From an uncultured Candidatus Saccharibacteria bacterium (GTDB lineage: Bacteria > Patescibacteriota > Doudnabacteria > UBA920): a stretch of 64,000 bases of DNA. Under the pieces are notes generated by a model, which saw only the letters and a program-made list of their open reading frames with translations, made no database searches and was not told where the DNA came from. The stretch's first letter is position 1. Each line of letters begins with the position of its first letter. The DNA is taken from the NCBI GenBank assembly GCA_964490395.1, contig CAZBAS010000007.1, forward strand, positions 7,208 to 71,207. Direction: 5' to 3'. Shown here piece after piece: positions 57,319 through 64,000 of this stretch. Both the position numbers and the translations under genes were made by a program.

Positions 57319-57669
57319 ATGGCAGAAGAACAAGACGCAGCATTCGTAGAGTATGTAGTTCGCGCGTTGGTCGACAACCCGGACGATGTACGCACCGAGC
57401 GCGTGGTAGATGAGATGGGTGTATTAATCACTCTTCACATCAACCCAAAAGACATGGGTCAGGTTATTGGTCGCCAAGGCCAGACCGCTAAAGCTATCCG
57501 CACACTTCTTCGTGTAGTGGGTGCTAAGCACAAAGCTCGCGTGAACTTGAAAATCTATGAACCAGAAGGTTCTCACCGTGGCCCTATGCATGGTGGTGAC
57601 CATCAGGATCATGGCATGTCCACTCCAGCACCGGTTGGCGCTGATGATATGGACGATTTCAAGATCTAG
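57319..57669 (+). CDS. KH-domain RNA-binding protein (YlqC/UPF0109-like) with a His/Asp-rich C-terminal tail
   Basis: The KH core is VLITLHINPKDMGQVIGRQGQTAKAIRTLLRVVG, and it sits in the canonical position between rpsP and trmD. Confidence 0.75.
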   Translation: MAEEQDAAFVEYVVRALVDNPDDVRTERVVDEMGVLITLHINPKDMGQVIGRQGQTAKAIRTLLRVVGAKHKARVNLKIYEPEGSHRGPMHGGDHQDHGMSTPAPVGADDMDDFKI

Positions 57670-57679
57670 TTTAGAATTT

Positions 57680-57717
57680 AAAATCCGGTCCGATGTTATA
57701 TCGGACCGGATTTTTTT
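57680..57717 (+). terminator. Rho-independent terminator/attenuator between the KH gene and trmD
   Basis: AAAATCCGGTCCGAT-GTTAT-ATCGGACCGGATTTTTTT. Confidence 0.7.
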
Positions 57718-57725
57718 GTTATACT

Positions 57726-58472
57726 ATGCTCATGAAGAAGCGGAAAACCATCTCTATTAGTATTATTACTTTATTTCCAAAGTTTACGGACCATTACACT
57801 ACCTTTGGCATTATCGCTCGCGCCGTTGCAAACAACTTGTTGAAGTGGCAGTCCATAGACTTGCGGCAGTTTGGGCTAGATGCCCGCCAAACAGTAGATG
57901 ACCGGCCGTATGGTGGTGGGGTAGGGATGGTATTAAAACCGGATGTTTTGTATGCAGCCATTGCTGCCGCAAGAAAGCAGCAAGCAGTAAGTAGTAAGCG
58001 CAAAGTACGGGTAATTTTACTCACACCATCGGGCAAGGTTTTTAAGCAGAAAGATGCAGTGCGGTTGGCAAGGTATGATGAGCTTATTTTTGTGTCTGGG
58101 CGGTACGAAGGGTACGATGAGCGTATTACGAAATTTGTAGACGAAGAACTGTCCATAGGTGACTATGTGCTTATGGGCGGTGAGCTTCCTGCGCTCGTAA
58201 TAAGCGAGGCAGTACTTCGTAATGTGCCAGGTGTGTTGGGGAAAGATGAGTCCGCAGTGGGTGAATCTTTTAGTGAACAGATGTTGGAGTATCCGCAGTT
58301 CACGAAACCTGAACAGTGGAAAGTGGAAAGTGGAAAGTGGAAAGGCAAAACTTTTAAAGTGCCGAAAGTACTGCTTACCGGGCATCATGCAAACGTAAAG
58401 GCGTGGCGCGCCCAGGAAGCGCTGAGGCGTACTAAAAAAAGACGGCCAGACATGTTAATTGACCAAAATTAA
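57726..58472 (+). CDS. trmD: tRNA (guanine37-N1)-methyltransferase
   Basis: It has ISIITLFPKF...IDLRQFGLDARQTVDDRPYGGGVGMVLKPDVL and a SPOUT fold. The ORF-track start at 57693 lies inside the terminator hairpin, so I placed the start at the downstream Met (MLMKKRK). Confidence 0.85.
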   Translation: MLMKKRKTISISIITLFPKFTDHYTTFGIIARAVANNLLKWQSIDLRQFGLDARQTVDDRPYGGGVGMVLKPDVLYAAIAAARKQQAVSSKRKVRVILLTPSGKVFKQKDAVRLARYDELIFVSGRYEGYDERITKFVDEELSIGDYVLMGGELPALVISEAVLRNVPGVLGKDESAVGESFSEQMLEYPQFTKPEQWKVESGKWKGKTFKVPKVLLTGHHANVKAWRAQEALRRTKKRRPDMLIDQN

Positions 58473-58542
58473 ATAAAATTGTCCATAATTGCCCAGAATT
58501 GAAATGGTAATTTTGGGCAATTATGGTCAATTTTGGACAATT

Positions 58543-59541
58543 ATGGGCAATATATTCACTGTGACACAACTTAAAACGAGATTAGATAAATTCTTGGTAG
58601 AACAACTGCCAAGCCTTTCTCGTAGCCAGATTCAGCGTGGCATAGAAGCAGGTGCGGTAGCGGTAAATGGGGTGGTGCAGAAAGAGTCGAAGTTTGTGGT
58701 GCGAGTGGGAGATGAGGTGGGGTATGCGCAAGAATCAATAATCAAAAATCAAGAATCAAGTAACCGGCTTGCACGCCAGAAAATCAAAACGCTTTATGAT
58801 AATCATGGGCTGCTCATTATAGACAAGCCTGCGGGGCTGAGTGTGCACCCGGGTGCGGGGGTGAAGGGGGATTCGCTCTCGGATCTATTGCTGTTGCAGT
58901 TTCCAGAAATATCCGGGGTGGGTGAGGCGCATCGTCAGGGCATAGTGCACCGTCTCGATAAAGATACGAGCGGGGTTATGTTGGTGGCAAAAACACCTGA
59001 CATGTATGAGTACTTAAAAGATGCGTTTGCTGAAAGAAAAGTCAAAAAAGAATACATTGCGCTTGTCCAAGGTGTGCCTGAAAAAGCGCATGAGTTTATA
59101 GATGTGCCAATTGGCAAGAGTAAGGCCGATTTCCGCAAATATACCACAACGGACATGCTTGAACCAAAGCCGTCCCTGACCGAATATCGTGTTTTAGAGG
59201 TTTTACCCCTACCAGCTACCAGCTATCCGCCCCAGGCTGACCTGCCTCGGGCGGGCAACCTGCTCATTGACAAAACAGCCCTAATTTCTGTAAACTTACA
59301 TACAGGTCGAACACATCAGATCCGTGTTCACATGAAAAGCATTGGCCATCCACTTATGGGCGATAGTTTGTATGGTGGTAAAAAGTCAAAGCTTTCTGGC
59401 CTTATCCGGCAGTTCTTGCATGCTCGTCGCATAGAAGTACAGCTTCCCGACGGCACCTGGATAGAAGCGGAGTCAGAGCTCGCAGGAGACCTAAAGGATG
59501 TACTTGTTTCTTTGGGCAGTAAAGCAGTAAAGAATTTATAA
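58543..59541 (+). CDS. RluA-family 23S rRNA pseudouridine synthase (RluD/RluC-like) with an N-terminal S4 domain
   Basis: The S4 domain is RLDKFLVEQLPSLSRSQIQRGIEAGAVAVNG. The catalytic motif is HRLDKDTSGVMLVAKT. The start is uncertain; the ORF-track start at 58489 runs through an AT-rich palindromic repeat. Confidence 0.8.
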   Translation: MGNIFTVTQLKTRLDKFLVEQLPSLSRSQIQRGIEAGAVAVNGVVQKESKFVVRVGDEVGYAQESIIKNQESSNRLARQKIKTLYDNHGLLIIDKPAGLSVHPGAGVKGDSLSDLLLLQFPEISGVGEAHRQGIVHRLDKDTSGVMLVAKTPDMYEYLKDAFAERKVKKEYIALVQGVPEKAHEFIDVPIGKSKADFRKYTTTDMLEPKPSLTEYRVLEVLPLPATSYPPQADLPRAGNLLIDKTALISVNLHTGRTHQIRVHMKSIGHPLMGDSLYGGKKSKLSGLIRQFLHARRIEVQLPDGTWIEAESELAGDLKDVLVSLGSKAVKNL

Positions 59542-59640
59542 TATTTAGACAATAAAATGTCTAATGTCTAATACCTAATTCCTAATGGAATGCTCCGGAT
59601 ATTTAGACATTAGAAATTAGTAATTAGACATTTCATTTAT

Positions 59641-60015
59641 ATGGCCATTGTAAAGCATTTAGAAGAGAAACAAATTCGGGAGCTCCCCACTTTCCGTGTT
59701 GGTAACACTGTTAAAGTTCATCAGAAAATTCGGGAAGGTAGCAAAGAGCGCGTACAGATTTTTGAAGGACTTGTTATTGCTCGTAAGGGCGGCACAGGCG
59801 CAAACGCAACCTTTATGGTTCGCAAAATTGCCAGCGGTGTTGGTGTGGAACGCATTTACCCTTTGCATAGCCCAAACATTGTAAAGCTTGAAGTGGTGAA
59901 GAATCCAATCGTACGCCAGGCCAAGCTCTACTATGTACGTGCTCGTCAGGACAACACTCCTCGCACTCGCAAAGAAAAGAAGCCAATGAAGAAAGAAAAG
60001 GCTCCTAAGAAATAG
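59641..60015 (+). CDS. rplS: 50S ribosomal protein L19
   Basis: [35 protein letters not shown]...[25 protein letters not shown] is the L19 signature. Confidence 0.9.
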   Translation: [124 protein letters not shown]

Positions 60016-60095
60016 AATTCTGAATTACGAATTACGAAGAATGAAAAACAGCCACGCACATGCGTGGCTGTTTTTGTTTGGCATAATAATTGCGC

Positions 60096-60704
60096 TTATT
60101 GTGCGGAAGCTTTGTCCATCCCGAGCTTTACGGCAGTGGCTTCGACATCTTCCCAGTTTATATTTTTGAAGAATGCGGCTATGTAGTCGGCGCGGGAAGT
60201 GCCATAGTCCATGAAGTAAGCATGCTCATACACATCCAGTGCCACCAGAGGGGTGGCGTGCCAAATGGGGAAGGCATCGTGGGCATCGCCTAAATAGTTG
60301 AATACGCTTTTATTTTGCCAGTCAAAGGCAAACCAGACCCAGCCCCGAGCAGCAATGCCCGTGGCTTTCATGTCTGTAAGCCAGTTTTCGTACGACCCAA
60401 ACTGGTCAGCTATCATTTTGCCAATAGCGCCCGTGGGGGCTGCGCCATTGCCAGAGAGGTTGCTAAAGTAAAGCTCGTGGCTTTTAATGGCATTAACAGC
60501 AAATGAGTATCCAAGCTTAAGTGCGCGAAGGTCTGAGTAGGTGGCATTCGCTTTGGAAAGGTCTACTGTTTTGAGCGACTCTTGAATTTCGTTCGCTTTT
60601 TTTATGTAGCCCTCATAGAGCTTGTAGTGCTCTTTCATTTGACGCTCGGAAAGTCCGTCTACACCGTTAATAGAGTTAAACTGTTTTACTTCAAATTTGG
60701 CCAT
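60096..60704 (-). CDS. sodA: Fe/Mn superoxide dismutase
   Basis: The N-terminal domain and the C-terminal metal ligands in DVYEHAYFMDYGTSRADYIAAFFKNINWEDV (the D-x-W-E-H-A-Y-Y box) identify it. Confidence 0.9.
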   Translation of the reverse strand: MAKFEVKQFNSINGVDGLSERQMKEHYKLYEGYIKKANEIQESLKTVDLSKANATYSDLRALKLGYSFAVNAIKSHELYFSNLSGNGAAPTGAIGKMIADQFGSYENWLTDMKATGIAARGWVWFAFDWQNKSVFNYLGDAHDAFPIWHATPLVALDVYEHAYFMDYGTSRADYIAAFFKNINWEDVEATAVKLGMDKASAQ

Positions 60705-60713
60705 ATAACTCCT

Positions 60714-60810
60714 AGCTCAAAAATCAAAAGTCAAAACTTCAACTCCTAACTTAAAACTGGTAGTATTACAAGTTTGTAGTTTTTGGTTGAAGTTTTGCTT
60801 TTTGAGTTCT
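60714..60810. terminator. Long AT-rich hairpin (arms AGCTCAAAAATCAAAAGTCAAAACTTCAAC and GTTGAAGTTTTGCTTTTTGAGTTCT) between the prx stop and the sodA start
   Basis: It has ~24-bp imperfect complementary arms with a ~40-nt loop. The position fits a terminator for prx and/or an operator for sodA. Confidence 0.5.
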
Positions 60811-60828
60811 AAGATTTTATTTAATTAT

Positions 60829-61398
60829 TTAGGCTTTCCCTAATGTTTTCTCGCCGGTATGCCAGTTTGCAGGGCAGCGTTCACCGGTTTGAAGAGCTTT
60901 AACTACGCGGAGAGTTTCTTCTATATTGCGTCCAACAGAGTCTGCAGACACTAAAGCGAATTTAAGCGTCCCTTCTGGGTCTATAACGAACGTGCCACGC
61001 TGAGCTGAGCCGTCCATGTCGAGCACGCCGTACATATCTGCCAGTTCTTGTGTAGTGTCCGCCACTATTGGGTAGGTAACCCCTTTAAGGCGTTCGTCGG
61101 TTTCGTACCATGCCTTATGTACATATTCGCTATCGGTGCTTGCGCCAAGTACTTCGCAGTTCACGGCTTTGAACTCCTCATACAGTTTCCCAAAAGCTTC
61201 TATTTCAGTTGGGCAGATAAAGGTAAAATCTCGTGGGTAAAAAAAGAGCACGAGCCACTTACCTTTGTAGTCAGACAGTGATACTTTGTGATATTCGCCC
61301 TGGTGGTAGCTTTGGAGGTCTTTAAACACAGGTGTTGCCTGGCCCACTTTTGGAGCAAAGTCACCGTTTTGGCAGCCGCAATCGCATGTAGTTTCCAT
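60829..61398 (-). CDS. Peroxiredoxin (AhpC/2-Cys Prx type) with an N-terminal CDCGC cysteine cluster
   Basis: The peroxidatic Cys is in FTFICPTE, the resolving Cys is in GERCPANW, and the extra N-terminus is METTCDCGCQNGD. Confidence 0.85.
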   Translation of the reverse strand: METTCDCGCQNGDFAPKVGQATPVFKDLQSYHQGEYHKVSLSDYKGKWLVLFFYPRDFTFICPTEIEAFGKLYEEFKAVNCEVLGASTDSEYVHKAWYETDERLKGVTYPIVADTTQELADMYGVLDMDGSAQRGTFVIDPEGTLKFALVSADSVGRNIEETLRVVKALQTGERCPANWHTGEKTLGKA

Positions 61399-61804
61399 TG
61401 TATTCCTTTCCTAAAAATAATGTATATACATTCATAATACTGTCCCTACCTTACAAGTGCAACAGTTGCTTCATAAAAAAGTCATTAATTTTTGGAGCTG
61501 CGGGCAAATTGACCATGGCTGGTAGCGCGTGGTATAGTGAGGGTGGTTACATTATTACTATTTTCTAGTTTGCATGAGAGCGTGTAGTAGCAAAACAGAG
61601 TACTATAGTATGTCCCATTTACCTCAGATTTATTCAGTTTTTTCCATAGCAAATTTACATTTGGTTGCAAATAAGCCAAATATACTTCGCTTGTGCGACG
61701 GCACTAAAAAATTAGGCACATACGCATAAACTTATAACAGTTACTGAAGGCAGTAGCTGAACTTTGCTATACTCACGTCCGTTCGAACTATAATAAGGAA
61801 CGGT

Positions 61805-63352
61805 ATGATTTTGTTATATATACTAGGCGGTCTCATTGTGGGCCTCTTAGTTGGCTATGCTTTCAGACAGAGTCTGGCTACCAAAAAAGTTGGTAGCGCA
61901 GAAAGTCGGGCTGAAAGAATACTAGAAGAAGCAAAGAACAAAGAGCGAGAGCTACTCTTGGAAGCAAAGAGCAAGGCGCTTGAAATTACCGATCAGGCCA
62001 AGAAGGCTGAGGGTGACTTTAGAGCACAGATTGTTCGTTTTGAAGAGCGCATAGATCGTCGCGAAAAAGAACTAAATACTAAGGAGCTTGCTCTGGACCA
62101 GTCAAAGCAAAACTTGGAAGTTAGACAGGCAGAGGTTCAAAAAACTTTAGAAGAGGCGAAAGAGACCAAGGCTAAACAGTTGGCAACTTTAGAAAAGATT
62201 GCAGGGCTTACTCGCGAAGAAGCGGGGAAGGTACTTATGGACAATGCAGAGCGAAGCATTTCAGAAGAAATGGTAAAGCTGCATCGTAAGCTGCTCATGA
62301 CCGCACGAGAGGATGCAGATAAAGAAGCTCGTCGCATTATTGCTCAGGCCATAGACCGGGTTGTCAGTGACGTAACTGCAGAAACTACCACTACAACTGT
62401 GGCGCTGCCAAATGAAGAACTAAAAGGGAGAATTATTGGTAAGGAAGGTAGAAACATCCGCGCCTTTGAGCAGATGATGGGTGTAGAAATACTCATAGAC
62501 GACAGTCCAGATACCGTAGTGCTTTCCGGCTTTAACTCCATTCGCCGCCACATTGCTAAGCTTACCTTAGAGAAATTGGTTTCCGACGGGCGCATACATC
62601 CGGCTCGCATTGAAGAAGCATACGAAAAGAGCAAAGCAGAAATAAATGAGCAAATTAAGCAGGCTGGGGAAGAGGCTGTATTTGAGCTTGGCATAACCAA
62701 CTTCCCTCCAAAGCTCGTGCATTTGGTTGGGCGTCTTATGTTCCGCACCAGTTATGGTCAGAACGTGCTCCGTCACAGCGTGGAAATGGCTAAACTCGCA
62801 AGCCTTATGGCTGAAGAGCTTGGCGCTGACCAGCAAATAGTAAAACAAGGCGCACTGCTCCACGATATTGGAAAAGCTTTAGACCAAGACATGGAAGGTA
62901 CGCACGTAGAGATTGGGCGTAAGATTGCCGAGAAGTTTGGCTTAGACAATAAAGTCATAGAAGCTATTGAATCTCACCACCACGATACCGATGTAGCAGA
63001 GCACGCACACAAGCATGAAGGTCCACTTTCTGTTGAAGCTTTGATTGTAGATGCAGCCGATACTATTTCCGGTGGTCGCCCTGGCGCACGCAAAGACAGC
63101 TTTGAAAACTATGTAAAGCGTCTGACCGACCTTGAAAACATAGCGAACAGTTACGAAGGCGTAGAAAAGACCTACGCTATACAAGGTGGTCGTGAGCTTC
63201 GCGTATTTATAACTCCTACTCGAATAGACGATCTTGCAGCTCAAAAGCTTGCTCGTGAAATTGCCAATCGCTTAGAAAACGAACTTAAATTCCCTGGCGA
63301 AATTCGCGTGGTGGTTATCCGCGAAACAAGAATTGTCGAATATGCACGATAA
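61805..63352 (+). CDS. rny: Ribonuclease Y
   Basis: It has an N-terminal TM helix, coiled coil, KH domain (LKGRIIGKEGRNIRAFE) and HD domain (HSVEMAKLA...LLHDIGKA). Confidence 0.9.
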   Translation: MILLYILGGLIVGLLVGYAFRQSLATKKVGSAESRAERILEEAKNKERELLLEAKSKALEITDQAKKAEGDFRAQIVRFEERIDRREKELNTKELALDQSKQNLEVRQAEVQKTLEEAKETKAKQLATLEKIAGLTREEAGKVLMDNAERSISEEMVKLHRKLLMTAREDADKEARRIIAQAIDRVVSDVTAETTTTTVALPNEELKGRIIGKEGRNIRAFEQMMGVEILIDDSPDTVVLSGFNSIRRHIAKLTLEKLVSDGRIHPARIEEAYEKSKAEINEQIKQAGEEAVFELGITNFPPKLVHLVGRLMFRTSYGQNVLRHSVEMAKLASLMAEELGADQQIVKQGALLHDIGKALDQDMEGTHVEIGRKIAEKFGLDNKVIEAIESHHHDTDVAEHAHKHEGPLSVEALIVDAADTISGGRPGARKDSFENYVKRLTDLENIANSYEGVEKTYAIQGGRELRVFITPTRIDDLAAQKLAREIANRLENELKFPGEIRVVVIRETRIVEYAR

Positions 63353-63920
63353 GAAACTACAAGATATGTCCTGGGTCGAGGCGGCTCGCGCCATGGCGGC
63401 AAATGCAGCCGATGCTGTTTTTGCTCTCCGATGGTGGCAGTGGCTCTTGAGCGCCCTAGTTGTGATAGTGGCTGTATACTTTGTGTCCAGCTTGGCAGAG
63501 TTTATTGTAGCTGTGCAGAATAAATATTCAGTCTATCCAGTAGGCTACGATAGTAACATGACTTCTAAGAGCATTGGTCTTGAAGGTGTGCTTAGTCTTG
63601 GCGCGGCATTTCTTGTGGGGTATATCTGGAAAATTATCCCTACTAAGTGGTATGTGGTTGTGCTCGCACTTTTTTTCTCTGGTCTCGTCTGCCTGGTAGA
63701 TACTCAGGTACAGTGGGTTGTCGTTCCATTCTTTCTTATATTCGCTGTGACAGTGGGTTTAAGTTTTTGGGCTAAAATACCTTTTCTCGTGCCGCTCCTA
63801 GGTTTTTGCATTATGCTCTTGCTTCGTCCAAGTGTGTTGCCGGATCGCTGGTGTAAGTACGAATTAACCATGTATCCCTGCGCTGACCAGGTAAATTATA
63901 ATCTGAACATTAAACAGTAG
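63333..63920 (+). CDS. Hypothetical membrane protein (4-5 TM helices)
   Basis: A 195-aa ORF that overlaps the rny stop by 20 bp; the start may be the Met at 63369. Confidence 0.45.
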   Translation: MSNMHDKKLQDMSWVEAARAMAANAADAVFALRWWQWLLSALVVIVAVYFVSSLAEFIVAVQNKYSVYPVGYDSNMTSKSIGLEGVLSLGAAFLVGYIWKIIPTKWYVVVLALFFSGLVCLVDTQVQWVVVPFFLIFAVTVGLSFWAKIPFLVPLLGFCIMLLLRPSVLPDRWCKYELTMYPCADQVNYNLNIKQ

Positions 63921-63940
63921 CCTCGGTAACGATTTCCAGC

Positions 63941-64000
63941 ACTGTTTTACTATTAGAAATTAGGAATTACCCGCCCGAGGCGGGTCCGCCTTGGGCGGAG
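63941..64000. repeat. Second (inverted) copy of the GC-hairpin/CTAAT dispersed repeat, truncated by the window end
   Basis: The reverse complement aligns to 19240-19295 (see that feature). Confidence 0.7.

Noticed and set aside
57693-57725. ORF-track start of trmD at 57693
   Set aside because: That ATG sits inside the KH-gene terminator hairpin, so the downstream Met at 57726 (MLMKKRK) is the plausible start.
58320-58345. GTGGAAA x3 micro-repeat inside trmD
   Set aside because: It encodes a short WKVESGKWKGK stretch in frame. It is a simple coding microsatellite of no obvious significance.

Overview
This 64 kb window comes from a small-genome, moderately AT-rich bacterium. The gene content is Gram-positive-like or Patescibacteria-like (RNase Y, FtsH, LspA, PBP1A, a compact SMC, many polytopic envelope-glycosylation proteins), but that phylum guess is inference only. 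I read seven tRNAs directly from the sequence: Arg-CCT, Ala-CGC, Pro-CGG, Ser-CGA, Leu-TAG, Val-GAC, plus a truncated atypical tRNA-like element at the left edge. The housekeeping backbone is rlmH, rnhB, ftsK, a rodZ-like gene, recA, lspA, comM, galU, a PBP1A, ftsH, rnc, smc, rpsP, a KH-protein gene, trmD, an rluD-like gene, rplS, sodA, a peroxiredoxin and rny.

The accessory content is the more interesting part:
1. At 40.6-44.7 kb there is a tandem array of six paralogous genes. Their N-terminal ectodomains are hypervariable, and they share a C-terminal two-helix domain resembling VirB2/TrbC T4SS pilins. No T4SS ATPase is nearby.
2. At 27.9-40.0 kb there are two segments of compositionally atypical orphan membrane-protein operons (28.0-32.1 kb and 37.1-40.0 kb), both with higher GC3 and unusual codon usage. 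They flank a core-like 32.3-37.0 kb stretch carrying a 1014-aa orphan protein and a polytopic membrane protein. A 38-bp perfect palindrome bounds the region on the right.
3. A GxxExxY-family ORF sits between rnc and smc, exactly bracketed by perfect 31-bp inverted repeats.
4. A 3x60-bp tandem repeat lies directly 3' of tRNA-Ser.
5. A 1270-aa discoidin/Big2-domain surface protein has a ~190-nt structured leader.
6. Several families of small dispersed intergenic palindromic repeats are present.

I found no CRISPR array, rRNA, integrase or transposase.
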